Below, piece after piece: positions 37,080 to 51,379 of a DNA stretch of 64,000 nucleotides. Positions within the stretch are counted from its first letter, which is position 1. Each line of letters opens with the position of its first letter. The stretch lies in contig NC_083403.1 in the NCBI RefSeq assembly GCF_020745735.1, positions 64,885,003 through 64,949,002 of the forward strand, in the 5' to 3' direction. The notes beneath the pieces were generated by a model. The model ran no database searches. It worked only from the letters and a program-made list of their open reading frames with translations, and was not told the origin of the DNA. The DNA comes from Hemiscyllium ocellatum (Eukaryota). The position numbers and the translations under genes are program-made.

Positions 37080-38004
37080 AGCTAATTCACACAGTATAAA
37101 TATTTATAAAATCATAAAGTTGTTAGCTATCTAGAATTTGGTTAAGTCTTTTATGTTGCCATATATATCATACAATGTTCTTAAGTCAATTACAGCCTAG
37201 AATTTGCCTGTTTTTGTTTGTTGCATTATGCAAATAGATTGTAAAAAATAATGAGTTCTAGTTCATCCCTGATTTTAAATGATCTAAAAACCTTGAAAGG
37301 AAAAGTTTTTTTCCTATTCTCTCCACTTGCGTTTATATAGATATATGTCTGCTTTGTGATGGTAAAAGAGAGATGTGGTTATTATGAGGTTATTTTGATG
37401 TCCCATTTTGTCATCTTAATTGCTGTTTATATATGATATACCTTAATGAAGGTAAAGGCTTTGGTTTACAGAGGTTCACCTGTTTTCAAGCACTACTTAA
37501 ACTGATGACTCATGAGCAATTGATAAGTATTTCCATGACAGTATGTAGCAATTTGGAATGCATCGCCAAAATTCAATCCCTGCTGATAGGAATGGTAACA
37601 TAATTTCAATTATTTTACTGAAGCTAATATACCGTAAGAAATGCAATAGGAAGTATAGATTCATTTGTTTTCACCTTTAAAAGTACCCAGTGTGAACTTC
37701 TGTGCAAGTTACATTTCACTTGGGGTCAGTGCTGCTGTTATAACGTGTGTTGCAGTCTGGAGCTGAAGACAGTGGTGGTAGAAATTCCAATTTTCTTTTG
37801 GCAGCATAGCTGTACTGATGTTGATTTGATTTGATTTGTTGCAGTCATATGTACCTAAGTACAGTGAAAAGCTTTGTTTGTGAGTAGTACAGGCAGGAGC
37901 AAGGACATACAGATCATAGTGAAGCAGATAGGTTATACTACACAGGAGATGCACGAAGCATGATTAACATTAATAAGATCAGCATTAATTGAAGTTAGAG
38001 AGTG

Positions 38005-38032
<28 letters not shown>
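38005..38032. repeat. (GT)n microsatellite
   Basis: Direct inspection. Confidence 0.95.
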
Positions 38033-38035
<3 letters not shown>

Positions 38036-38125
38036 CGAGCGAGCCAGGGTGGGAGGGATGGCAGCCTTTCTGTGGCAGCAAGAAGTGCAAATAGAGTCCA
38101 TGGATGGAAAGGTAGCTTCTGTGAT

Positions 38126-38300
38126 GGCAGCATCTGAGGGTCAAGAGAGTCGACGTTTTGACCATAAATCCTTCATCGGCTTATGCTCAAAATGTTGACG
38201 TGTTCTGCTCTTCGGATGCTGCCTGACTGTTTTTGTTTGTGCTTTTCCAGCGTCACACTTTTTGACTCTGATCTCCAGTATCTGCAGTTTGCACTTTCTC
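38126..38300. mobile_element. Older palindromic PLE terminus
   Basis: ggcagcatctgag...cttcatc / ...cggatgctgcc inverted arms; ccagtatctgcag terminus; near-duplicate flanks gcttc(t/c)gtgatg. Confidence 0.65.
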
Positions 38301-38319
38301 TTGGCTTCCGTGATGACCT

Positions 38320-38910
38320 GAGCTGTGCACACAATCTTCTGTTGTTTCTTATGGTCCTGGGCACAGTAGTTGCCATACCAGGCTACTATTCACCTGGACA
38401 ATTTGCTTTCTATGGTGCATCTGTAAAAGTTGGTGAAGGTCCTTATGCTGAACGTGCCTAAGCTGCCTGAGGAAGAAGAGGCATTGCTGTGTCTTCTTGA
38501 CTGTTGCATCTACATGGGAAGTCCAGGACAGATTGCTGGTTATTGTCTCAATGATCTCAGTCCTGTCAGTCTCTGTTCCTTGGATGTGGATGGGAATGTT
38601 CTCCTCGTTCTTCCTGAAGTCAATTATCATTTCTTTTGTTTTGCTGACAGTGAGAGAGAGGGTGTTATCATTACACCATGACGTCAAGCCCTCTATCTCC
38701 TTTCTGTATTCAGACTCATCATTGTTTGATATCCGTTCTACCATTGTGATGTCATTAGCAAACTTGTAGATGGTGGTCATTCGGAATTTGACTATACAGT
38801 CATGGGCTTACGAGGAGTACAGTAGGGTGCTGAGAATTGCAAGCTTAGGGGGTGCTGCAGTGTGTAGGCTTATAGTGAAGGAGCTGCAATTGCCCATCTT
38901 TGCTGATTTC
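38320..38910 (-). mobile_element. Rex1/Babar-like LINE RT fragment
   Basis: IYKFANDIT...DESEYRKEIEGLTSWCNDNTLSLTVSKTKEMIIDFRK...LFFLRQLR. Confidence 0.7.
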
Positions 38911-41900
38911 AGTCTCGGACCTAGGTCTCAGGGTTTTGGGATTCTCTTGTTCTTACCATCCACCAATGGCATGTGTTGGAAGTATTTAAAAAATTGTATT
39001 CAACTTTCTGACCTTGTTATGAGCTCAACCTCCACGGCCACCAAGACCCAAGGAAACCTGAGCTTGTGTCTCAGACTAGGGATGTCCATTGTGCCACATG
39101 ACCTCTTTGTAATGTTATGTGGTGCTGATCACTCACTGCTGATGCTAATTGTTGGGGAAGCAATGGCAATTAATAGGAAGAAAATGTGTGAATTTTCACC
39201 TTAACTGTAAACATGTTTTGTCCATGATTACCCATAACACATCTTCAGATAAACGTGATCAGGTCACTTTCAAAATATCCCAATTTATCTGAAAATAGTG
39301 AATCATTGGTCACTGCAGCACATGAACAAAACATTCGACACTTGTGCTTTCTACATACACATACCATCTAATTCTACACTTCTGTTGGTTGTCTTATTTT
39401 TTGATCGTTCTTAAGCAGCTATCTTTAAAACAAAATCACAACTTTACTTCAAAAACAGCTTTGGGCAGAGGAAGCCATTTTCTCATTTGGCCTTCAAGGT
39501 TTTCACAAAAAGACGTCTTGAACTCTCATTCTCACTTCATGACTGAAATCTCTCATTCTTGTTAACAGTTTAGTGATTGCACAGTGTATCTGTTTAATAG
39601 CATTTGTATCCTTCTTATATTGAAGTGCCCAACAATGGCTATCCTTGTATAAAATCAGCATTAACTTCTTCCTTTAGTGTTCTGTGCCTCTGTCCAAAAA
39701 ATCAAGATTAATGAACATTTTATGTCCTTATTACCAACATATGCGGCTCCCTTTAATAACCTTGTGTCAAGCTTGCTCTATTTATATGGATTTCACATTT
39801 CACTATATAAACGATAAGGCAGCACACCCAGTGTAGACTCTGGTGGAACACTATTTTTGTTTTTTGCTCTCTAACCATCTGTCAAAACATGTCGTTATTA
39901 TAATCCTCATTGACCTCTTGAAATGCGTATGAAAATAATCATAGATCAAATTCAACACATTGTACCATCAGCTCTTTCTCAAAATAATTGTATAAGATCA
40001 ATTAAGCACATCATAGCTTTGAGAAATCCACCCTGACTGGCCTGCATCAACTTGTGTTCTGCTAGTTTCACCCCATATTGTTACAAACGTCTATGGTTTA
40101 GTGACAGTTGAATTAAAACTAATTGTTCTTTCTTCAGAGCTTTTAAAATCTTTTTCACGCTCCAGTACACCAGCTTTTATAAAATCTGATGGAAATAGAA
40201 CCCCACTATTTCTTTTAAAATTTTCAGCATCAAGACTTTTAGTTGTATTAGGCTGCAAGTGAAGTGTGCACCTTTTAAATATAATGTTTTGAACCTTTTT
40301 TCAGAGTAATAATGACCATTCATTAACTGTTTTTCTCCTACCTTTGGTGGTTTCACTGCCCAATATTATTATTTGAGACTGTTGAGCTCAGAAAGAGGAT
40401 TATGTATATTTGTGATATTCTATACTTTGGAAACTTGGGACCATTTAATGTAAAAAATGTGAAATAGAGACAAATAACAATTCAAAGTAGAAATATTTAA
40501 ATATTATTACTGTGTAGGTGACAGTGAATGGAATTTTCATGGTGGTGTTCCATTCCTGATGGTGGAATGTAATGTTGACTGCACTTCTGCGCTCTTGCTT
40601 TTTGCTGGTTCCCACACAACCAATAAAATTGGTGCTAGCAGCATGCACAGGATATACGTGTGATTGCATAATTGGCAAAGCTTATCAGTGCTGATATGTG
40701 TACCACTAATAATGCAGCAATTCCATTGTCATTAAAATAAAACTCATGAGGGCACAAAGAATGCACAGCTGATTTTTCACATTTAGATTTCAAAATTACT
40801 TTCCATTACATCAGTTTTATTTTATTCAGGTCTGCATCGTCATTAATTATAGAAGTAACTTAGCCGGAGAGCTAAATGCTCTGGCATGCCTTATTGTTGG
40901 TTATAGGAGTGTTAGTGGGAGTCCTTTATTATTGAAGAGAGAGTATAATGTTTTATGTTCACTCTTTATTGAATGTTCATATTGTCTGGTGTTGTACTCG
41001 CCACTCTGTGAGACATGGCTAACCATGCAGGTTCAGCTGGCTCTCCCATCTATGTATCTAAAGAACATTGTCCGAGATCACTCTCAATTGGGATAATTGA
41101 GACTCTGTAGATCAACTCGAACAGTCAGGACCACATGAGGACAATATTAACACCAGCTCTTGTGTCCCTCATTTTCTTACCTTGGTGACTATTCTTACCA
41201 CACCTAGGATGCAAAGCCCCTTACATCATCCACTCCTGCACACTTCTAAGCTACTCCATTGCACAGCATCCTCTGTCCTCCTTTAGGACTCCTTTTCCAG
41301 TCATTTATATCCCTGACTCCACAATGTACTGGTCACAAAGCCAAAGTTGTCATGCTGCTGCTACCCTCCCTTGAGCCACAGACTTCAACAGGGGGAAGTG
41401 ACTTCAGATACACTGCATTAAGCTGACTGTTGCATTCCAATTTTAAATTAATGTGCCATGAAAGTCTTGTGAACTGCTGATTTTATCTTGAAGGGAAGAT
41501 GTGTTTACAAACATTTTAATGAGCATTAATGGCAAGCAAACGTATTACGCGTGTAGTCTGCCACAGGGCAGTTGAGACCAAATACATCTCACTCTGCTGA
41601 CTCTATTGCTGTATCTCAACCTGCTGTTGGAAAATTAACATTTTGGCTTTGGTCTTATTCAGTCATTTTGCACCATTTTTCATGCACTTGTGTGCTCTAT
41701 AAGGTTGCATCTCTACCTTTTCCCCCAGTAAGTCAGTACCTTTCTACATTTAAAAACTCATTTCCAGTTTGGTTAACATTTGATTATGGATCAAATGCTG
41801 TTTGTTTAGAAGCGTGATGTAGTATAAGCCAGTGAAGATGTTGCCAATTATAGCAGCACTAACTGACAACAAAATACCAGTTATGTGTTTCTCTCTGAGA

Positions 41901-42839
41901 TTTTCTGTGTACAAATTTATATTCTGGTGAGACAAATCACTTTATGATCGCACTATCAATCAACAATGTACCAGCACCAGTTATTTTATCTGTATCATAA
42001 TGGCTTATTATTGTGTAATGTTTTTGATTCATTATTTTTCCTTCTATTAGATAACTTATAGCTGAAGTTGGACATCTTGCTGACCACTTGCTCCTCTATG
42101 TCATTATGACCAAGGAATAGGGTTGAATTGGCTCAACTCTCCCAATCACTTGGAACAAAAGCTTTTAATACTTTTTGATATGCAGCTACATCACCTTGCA
42201 ATTAAAATTTAGTACTGGTCAAAATTAAGGCATCAATTACAAGGTTTTCTTGAGTGAAATAGAGAGGAATTTTATTGCTTACTAACCCAGAGAGAAAACA
42301 AATCATAAAATGTGACATCAAACATAGGTAAAATGGTTTAAAAGGGTAGAGAGTCCAGAATGATAAAGAGGTGAACAATATGTTATTTAAAAAGTTCTTG
42401 GGAGTCTTTAAGTTGTTATAGTTGAACCTGAGACCACAGAGTTCTCAGTGAATGAATGATTTTCTGATTTCTTTTCACAGAAGTTGGCTTTTGAGCTGTT
42501 AAGACCAAAAATAAAGAGCGAGTCTTTCAGCACCTGCTGACCGAAATCCATGTACCTTCTCTCTTTCAGCATAAAAGCTGTTTTTCTGAAATATAACCCA
42601 CTTGTGTATTTGTATATATGGCATTTCTGTTTTCAAAACTGGATAATTTGTCATTTACTTTTATCCCCTTACGTGAAACTTCCAGGAGGCTGTAAATCAA
42701 TAGCAGGAGTTTCTTCACATCTAACTGAACTTCAGTGCCTTTTAATAAAGTGTTAGTTTTGACTCAGGCTGTCTTTGTGTATCTCACACGTTTCATGTGC
42801 ATGGCTCAGCCTGGTCTGGGGGCCACTGTGGCTGACCTC

Positions 42840-44900
42840 ACAGAATCGCAAAATTGTTATGATGTAGAAGGAGGCCATTGGCCCTTCATAATTGCACTAA
42901 CTCTGAGCAGCGCATCTTGGGGTTAATCTTCTGCACTTTCCCTGTAATTCTGTTTCCATTTAAATAACTCTCTAATGCTGTCTTGGATGCAACAATTGAA
43001 CTGGCCTCTATCACACGCTAAGGCAATGCCTTCAAGGTCCGAACCCCTCACTATGTGGGAATTTTTTTTCTCACCCTGTTTTTGCTTCTTTTGAAAGAGA
43101 CTTTAAACCTGCCTCTGGTGCTCAATCCTCTGATAAGCCAGAACAGTTTCCCCACCTACCCTCTCCAGAACCCTTATGATTTTGAAAACTGTAATCAGAA
43201 TTCTCCTTGACTTTCTCCTCTCCAAGGAAACTATGCTAACCTTTCTAATCTTTCCTCATAAATGACATGTCTTATTCATGGAACCACTTGTATAAACCAC
43301 TTTTGTACTCTGTCCAGTGTGTTCACATCATTCCTGAAGTCGATTGCTCAGAACTCTACACAGTGCTCAAACGGAGGTCGAATGATATTTTTATAGAAGT
43401 TTACCATAACTTTCCTGCTCTTGTATTCTATGTCCTTATTAACGAAGCATACTGTATGTTTTGTTAACTACTTGCTCTAGAGTCCTGCCGCCTTTAATGA
43501 TTTATGCACAAAATAACCCAGTTCTGCTCTCTACTCATGCATACCCTTTGGAATAATGCCCTTCATTTTCAAATCAACCTATTTGCAGATGTTATTGCAC
43601 ACCTCTGGAGCAGTTGGGTCTTGATCCTGGGCCTCTTTGTGCGCACGTAGGGATTGTATCACTGCACCACAAGAACCCCTATCTCTTCAAGTTCCTTGTA
43701 CCAAACAAGTTGCCCCTCACTTCTCCACATTGAATGTGGCATGTCACCTATCCACTAACTTGTTAACGCCCTTCCTGACTTTCTGACATTTTTGACTGTC
43801 TTCCTCACTGCTTGCACTGGATAAAGAATTCAAACTAATATATATAAATATCTGCTTCAAAAAGACATTCAATAAAGTTCTACACATACAGTTACTTAAT
43901 AAAATAAGAGCCCATGTGTTAAGAGGTAATATATTAGCATGGAATAGAGGATTTGCTGACTGAGAGAAGAAAGAGTTGGGAAAAAGGGGCATTTTCGGGA
44001 TGAGAACCTGTAACTAGTGAAGTACCATAGGGATCAATGTTGGTGCTACAATTATTTATTAATATTTTTATTAATGTGAATGCACTGTAGACAAGTTTAC
44101 AGATGAGTCAAAAATGGCTGGAAGGGCAAGTAGTGAAGTTGACATAAAAAGCCTGCAGTGATATAGACCAGTTGAGTGAGAGGGGGAAAAACGTGGCAGT
44201 GGAATATAACATGGGAAAATGTGAGGATTGATTAGATTCCCTACAGTGTGGCCCAACAAGTCCACGCCGACTCTCCGAAGAGTAACCCCACCCCTCTCTA
44301 ACTAATGCACCTAACAGTATGGACAATTTAGCATGGCCAATTCACCTGACCTGCACATCTTTGGATTGTGGGAGGAAACCGGAGCATCCAAAGGAAACCC
44401 ATGTGATACACTTTTTACGGAAGAATAGAAAAGCTGAATACTATTTAAATTGGGAAAGACCGCAGAAAACTGAGGGTTTTGGGGGTCCTCATGCACAAAT
44501 CACAAGAAGATAACAATAGGGAAGGTAGATAGACTGTTGACTTTTATTTCAATGGGAATGGAGTATAAACGTAGGGAGGTCTTGCTGAATCTATATAAGT
44601 CACTAGTTAGACCACATCTGGAACACTGTGAACAGCTTTGGTCCCCTTATTTAAAGAGAAATACACTGGCATTGCAGGTAGTCCAGAGAAGGTTCACTTG
44701 TTGATTTTGTGGATGAAGGTGAGGTTGCGTTGGTTAGGCGTGTACTCACTGGAGCTTAGAAGAATGAGAAAATGATTGAAAAACAGATGATTCCCCTGTT
44801 CTTAGGGGACTTGTCAGAATATTTGGGCAAAGCGTCTAGGACCTCAGGCAAAATCTCAGATTAAGGATTAATCCATTTAAGACAGAGATAAAGAGGAACA
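42840..44900. mobile_element. Cluster of degraded CR1 fragments (minus, then plus) with a SINE at 44229-44402
   Basis: CR1-like RT/3' nucleotide motifs (ccacagggatca-like, ctggaacactgtgaacag..tggtcccc). Confidence 0.55.
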
Positions 44901-47900
44901 TGGTCCTCAAAAAAGTTTTATTTTTTTAAATGGTTTAACATATATATAAGCAGCAGGTGAAATTACAGATTCATTTTCGATATGGCACATATTCATGACA
45001 AAACTTAAATTGTAGGTATAAAGTATCCAGTTTAAGATCTGTGAGAACAGGCCCTGTGAAGTTTGTAGAAACGTTTAGTCTCAAGTCTGTCCAAAACGAA
45101 CACATTTGCATGAGACGTGCCTAGTTTAGAATTATTAAACTGAATTTAAGATACTTCAATACGTAAAGGAGTATTTGTGGATATTCTGGAACACAGTCAC
45201 ATCTTGGAGAGGTGTGGATTCAAAATAGGCTTGGTTTGACCAATAGCATAGAGAGTAAGTTGAACCCAATAGGAACTGATGCAATTTGACAGCTACATGT
45301 TGTTTGCCACATATAAGAATGAGAATAAAGATTGTTGGAATGACAACCAGGTATGGACCTTCACATTGGAGCAGGAAGTTTTTGAAAAGAAAAATGAGGA
45401 ATATAGAGAGGGGAAATGAAAATGGGTTATTTGTAGGGATTTGGTATGTTGTATACCAGGAGACAGGATGTAGGACATCTGAAATTGTTTCAAAGGATGT
45501 TGACCTGTATTGGAGTTCAGAACCCAAGGAAGACTTGGTCCTGTTTGGAGAGAACTAGAAACTAAACTAAAGTACAGAACCACATGAGTTGTAATCTGAC
45601 AATAATTACTGAAGTAAATTGGTGTGATAAGCAGATTGTGAGATAAACATGTGGTGAAAGCTGTGGGATGGGAACAATGGCTCTGCTTCATGGGGCAGTG
45701 ACACTCGGAAAGTAACAAACTACATCATTGGGTTTATTCTATCAAAAAGTGTAGTCAGGGAGTCGTAAGGACTAATAAATTGTGAAAGCTCAGGTAGAAA
45801 AGCTAGTGTGAATAACGGTGAGGTGGATGTGTGGAGTGAACAGGTTTTGTTTTGATTCATATATAATTTTATTAGCAATGACAATATATATTGTCAGTCA
45901 CTAATTGTATTTGAGAATGTGGGTGGTGAGCAGTAACCTCTGTGTTGCATGAGACCTACATACTTATGAGGGAACTCTAGGATGCTGACTTGGCAACTGT
46001 GAAGAAACGGTGGCACAATTCTAGGTAAGGATGGTGTGTAGTTTGGTGGGGAACTTTCAGGTGTTGGCATTTGTATGTATCTCTTGCTCTTTTCTTTTTA
46101 GTGGTAGAGCCTCGATGAGTCGTTGTAGTCCATCCTATAGATATTACGTGCTACTGCCACTCTGTGACAATAATGGAGGAACTTGATGTTGAAGTTGGTG
46201 GATAAACATTGGTAGAGGAGGCAGCTTTGTTTTCAATATTATTGAGCTACTCGAGTATTGGAACTTCACTCACCTGGGCAAGTGAAGACTATTCAGTCAC
46301 ACTCCTGACTTATGCCTTGTGGACAGGCTTTGGAAATTTGGGAGGTACATTATTCACCACAGAATTCCCAGCCATTTTGGATGTCTCCTTCCTGCCAGTT
46401 AAATTTCTGGTCAATGTTGACCTTTGGAATGTTGATAGTGGGAGTTTCAGTAAGGCAATGAGGTTAAACATCACAAGTTTGATTCTGTCTTGTCAGAGAT
46501 AAGATTTGCATGACGCATCTGTGGTACAAATATTACTTGATAATTTTTAATCCAAACTGAATTATTATTGCATGCAAACCCAAACTTTTATTTTAGCATT
46601 TGAGGAGTTTTAAATGGTTTGGAACACTGAAAACATAAGCAACCACTTCAGATTCTAATCATGTCCTTTTAGTTCCAAGTTTAGCAAATCTTGATCATGT
46701 CCTATAAAATATATGATAAGTACCATACATCTTGTCACAATTTTGACATCTTAATCATCTTTTCACTTTCATGCATTTGGCATTAGTTTCAATTCAGGAT
46801 TCAGCAATATTTCAGCAAAACAGTTTTGCAAACTCAACGAAAACGTTGACACATTTAGAATTATCCACCATGTTTTTCAAACATCATGTCTAACTCAAGT
46901 TTGAAACATTGTCACTTTGCTTATTATAATTGATGTGTAACTCTGAAAAAGGCATGTTTTCACCATGATGAAATGAAGCTGTCCGTAGCACGAATGTACT
47001 GTGATTGGAATTTTATAAATGAGAATGGATAATAGCTATAATTCTCAATATATTTGACAATGGTAGAATTTTAATTGACTTCACATCAATCTTTTATTTA
47101 TTTGTGATAGCTACATCCTTTTGTCTTAGCATGTTCCTGCACATTTACTATATACTGTGTAATACATTTGTTTCCACAGTTAAACATCCTGTTTGTGTTC
47201 GGTGAAACTTTTATTAAAAATATGTAACAGTGTTTTCCCCAAGTTTCTTATTCTGAATTGCCAATCCATGTAGTGTAATGTTAAATTAATAGAAGACCAC
47301 AACTTGTCTGTTATGGAGAACAGAGTGCAGACTGTTTGATTAGCAGGCTGTAAAAGCAAACAATCATTCGGCCTGTGTTTGCTGAAAGCTATGTTTAAGT
47401 AAAGAGAACATGTTGCTTAACACTGGGTGTTCCCATTAAGAAGCTTCTTCTGTACATTTGGCAATAGCTTAGAGCATTCTTGTAAGGCAATCTGCAATAA
47501 ATTGCAGAGAAAGTTTCATTCAACTTAAATTAAAACAGCAAAGAACCAATTTTATGTTCAGAATAGTTCCTATTGATAATTGTTGCTTTTAAGCCAGTGG
47601 GTATTGTATTCTATATTGTAAGATCCAGAATCTTATTTAGAACTACTGCAACAGTACTTTTAATGAATTTGTACTCATCATTTTTTTTTGTTTCTCACTT
47701 TTCTGTTGCACTGCTAATGTTGAGTGCTGGTTCCTTTTGTAGCATGCCTCAAGGGGTTACTTCCTAAGGAAGAGATTAAAAATATTTAAAGAAGCAAAAT
47801 ATGAAACTGTAACACTTCCACTGGAATAAAGACAGAAAGTAAAAGATCCAGCCTTTCACTTCCTACTGGAAGTTTTGTCCAATAAGTCAGAGCCAGTTGT

Positions 47901-48369
47901 CCAAATCAATCTTTCTACTGTACAGTAGTTGGAAATGTGAAAAGCAATGTGCCAAATTCAATCTCTTGAGCCCGTAAAGAGTATTGTATGTGCGTAAATA
48001 TAAGAGTTTCCACAGCTCATTAGACTAGTAACTGGCACCAGTGTTTGATCTTGAACTGTAAAACTTGTATCAGAAGTTACTAAATTGTAATTATGTCCCC
48101 CACTGAGTGCATTTACCAGTTCATAGATGGAGCTGTTTTCACAAGTCAGCTTATTGAATGTGGGATGGATAATCAATCTGTTAGCTAATCTCAGTAGGGG
48201 ATTAAAACAGTGAACAGAAATGAAACAAGCCAAAGATTACTGAAAAATAATCAGGAACACTGATAGAAAATGAGCACATGTGGAGTGGCTCTCTCCTTAC
48301 TCGATATAAGTTGAAACTCAAACAGTATTAGTGCCACTGAGATCCATGATTATAGCCTTTATTTATATT

Positions 48370-49270
48370 CATTTGTGGGTTGTGGTGCCATTGCTGGGCC
48401 AACGTTTATTGACTATCCCTAGTTGCTCTTGAGAAGATGGTTATGAGCTGCCTTCTTGAACTGCTAAACTCCTGTCAATGTAAGTAGACCTACATGGATG
48501 GGAGGGAGTTCCATTCTTTGACCCTGTGACACTGAAGAATGACCATATTTCCCAGTCAGGATGATGAGTGACTTGGAAGGGAACTTGCAGATTATGGTGT
48601 TCCCATGTATCTACTCTCCTTGTCTTTTTAGATAGTAGTGATCACACATTTGGGAGGCACTGACCAAGGAGCCTTGGTGAAATTTGGCAATAGATCTTGT
48701 ATATGATACATGCCTCTGAGATTGAATGTTGGTGCTGGAGGGAGTGAATATTTGTGGATGTGGTACCAATCAAGTGAGCCACATGTTTTTTTTTGTTGGT
48801 GGTGTCAAGCTTATTGAATGTTGTTGGAGCTGTACTCTTCAAGACAACTGGAGGGTATTCCATCACAGTCCTGACTTGTGCCTTGTAGATGGTGGGCAGA
48901 CCTTTGGAGTCAAGAGGTGAGTTCTGCACTGCAGGATCCTAGTCTATAAACTGTACTTATAGACACAGTATTTATATGGCTAATTTAGTTCATTCTGGCC
49001 AATGGTAAGCCATATGATATTGATAGTGGGGTGGGTGTTTCAGCAGCACTAATGCAATTAAATGCCAAGGGATGACGATTACATTCTCTCTTGTTAGAGA
49101 TTGTCATTACCTAGCACTTGTGTGGCGTAAGTATTACTTGCCAAAGATCATATCTGGGCAATTTTCCACATTGGTAGGTACATGCCAGTCTTGTAGCTGC
49201 ACTGGAACAGCTTGCCTAGGGATGTGGCAAGTTCTGGAGCACACATTTTCAGTACTATTATCACCTGCAG
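48370..49270 (-). mobile_element. Old CR1/L2-group LINE fragment
   Basis: Peptide LPTIYKAQVRTVMEY. Confidence 0.6.
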
Positions 49271-49479
49271 TGACCAAAATATAATTAGTTTGAGAAGATT
49301 AAAAGTACGTGGAGTGTTGAAACCCCTGACTAAAGAAAATGGAATTTGTGTTACTATAAACTGTGATCCTACCTGAAAATATAAGCTTGCTCTGTAACTC
49401 AGTTGCTAAGTTGTAAAGTTGTGGCATTTAAATTGGTATAAGTGACAGTCATGGCTCTGTTTGTATCTCTCTTGTCACT

Positions 49480-49700
49480 AGGTGGAAGTTGAATTCCAGA
49501 CAGTTTCTCCTACATTACTAGTTGCTACTGAGGTGCAATATTGTACAGTTAGAGGTGGTGCCTTTCAAATGAGACCTGAAACAGAAGCCTCATCTGCGCC
49601 TTCTCGTGATGTATAAGACCATTTCACTATTTTGAAGAACTGTCCTAACAAACACCTGTCCTTAACCAATGCAACAAAACAAAAATGGTCATTATTCCAA
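49480..49700 (+). mobile_element. Ancient Deu-domain SINE remnant (AmnSINE1/SacSINE1-like)
   Basis: gaggtggtgcctttcaaatgagacctgaaacagaagcc..cactattttgaagaa resembles the Deu-domain GGAGGTGCCGTCTTTCGGATGAGACGTTAAACCGAGG (from memory). Confidence 0.5.
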
Positions 49701-49929
49701 TAGCACTCCTTTTTGGCTGTTACTGTGTATATAGACAAAACTGGATGAATCCTGCCCTTTGATACTTATAGCCATGTTTGGGAGAGAAATACAACTATCC
49801 CAATGCAGTCTTGATTTATCATAATCATGTGATTGTTACCATGTGGAAGTAACTATGTGCTACTGTTTTGCAGCCAGTTTCAAGGAAGTTGCAATATTGA
49901 CCAGGTTTTCTGAAGGGCATGTTGCGAGA

Positions 49930-50920
49930 AGTGGAACTAAGATTGAGTGTTGATGATGTGTAAAGGAGCTCTAGAGGTCCCTTACTTCAAAAATACCAAT
50001 CTTCAGCCAATTTAATTCACCACATATGATGTCAAGAAATAGTTGGAATCCTATCTAGGCTGTTCTTATATAGCTATAATATTGGTATCTTGCAGCGATG
50101 TAAAACATTGTTTGAGTTTGATCTGTCCATGAAAAGCAACACCAATTCAACTTGGCCAATCACTGCCCCATCAGTCTACTCTTGATCATCAATAAATGAT
50201 GAATGGTGTCATCAGCAGTCTGATAAGTAGCTCTTGCTTAGGAAAAACCTGCTGCACTGTTTGGGTTCTGATAGGACCATTTAGCTCCTGAAAACATTAT
50301 TTCCTTGGCATAAACATGGACAAAAGAGCTGAACTCCAGATGAGGTGAATTTGACATCCCTTGACATCAAAGTTGTATTTGAACTAATGTGGAATGAAGG
50401 AACCCTAGCATATCAGGAGTCAATTGGAATTGGGGGATGGGGTGGGGTGGGGGTGGGGGAATGGGGGGAATAGGGAGGACTGGTTGGAGTCATATCTGGC
50501 AGATAGAAAAATGATTGTGGTTGTGGGATGTCAATCATCTCAGATCCAAGACATCTCTGCAAGAGTTCCTCAGGGTGGTGTCCTCAGCCTAACCATCTGC
50601 TTCATCAATGCCCTTTCCTATCATAAGGTCAGAAGTGGGAATCTTTGCTGATGATGGCACAAGGTATAGCACTGTTCCTGTCTTCTTCAGATACTGAAGC
50701 AGTCATTGTCCAACACAGAAAGACCTGGACAATTTCCAGCCTTGGACTGACATGTGACAAGTAACATTCATGCCACACAAGTGCCAGATTTTGATCATCT
50801 TCACCCAAAGAGAATCTAACAATTGTCCCCTGGCATTATTGATGCTGACTACCTGTTATCAACACCCTGGGGTTTACAGTGAACCAGAAACAGAACTACA
50901 TTGGCTGTATATATACAGTT
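49930..50920 (+). mobile_element. Old LINE RT fragment
   Basis: WLESYLADRKMIVVVG..RVPQGGVLS..FINAL; tttgctgatgat (FADD). Confidence 0.65.
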
Positions 50921-51039
50921 AAGGTAATTTATGGATAATATGCATTCAATATTGTGGCCTAAGGAGAGTATATTCATCAATTTATTGATTAATTAACACA
51001 GCTTGCAGAATACTGTGAATTTAATAACTAAAAGATGAT

Positions 51040-51350
51040 ATAGCTTAAGACAGGAGGTTTATAAAATGTGCATACATAAGGTGAATAGTAAGGATCTTTT
51101 ACTAGGGTGGAGGAGTTCAGAACTATGGGGTAATATTTTTAAGGTGAAGAGAGAAAGTTTTTTTATAAAGGACACGAGGGGCAATGTTTTTACAAAGAGA
51201 GTGATTCATATGTGGAATGAGCTCCAGAGGAAGTGGCGGATGCAGATACAGTTGCAACATTTAAAAGACATTTAGATAAGTTCATGAATAGGAAAGGCTT
51301 GGAGAGATATGGACCAGGTTCAGGCAAATGGGACTAGTTTAGTTTGTGAA
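51040..51350 (+). mobile_element. CR1 3' end
   Basis: RGNVFTKRVIHMWNEL. Confidence 0.7.
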
Positions 51351-51379
51351 CAGTGAAACAGAACCATCAGTCTGTTCAT

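Noticed and set aside
42100-42790. Possible solo LTR (TG..CA with AATAAA); similar hints at 1-223 and ~27985-28670
   Set aside because: No second copy, TSD or primer-binding site could be verified
46666-46680. Third occurrence of cttttagttccaag (the TSD of the 4-kb palindrome)
   Set aside because: No associated element; consistent with chance in AT-rich DNA
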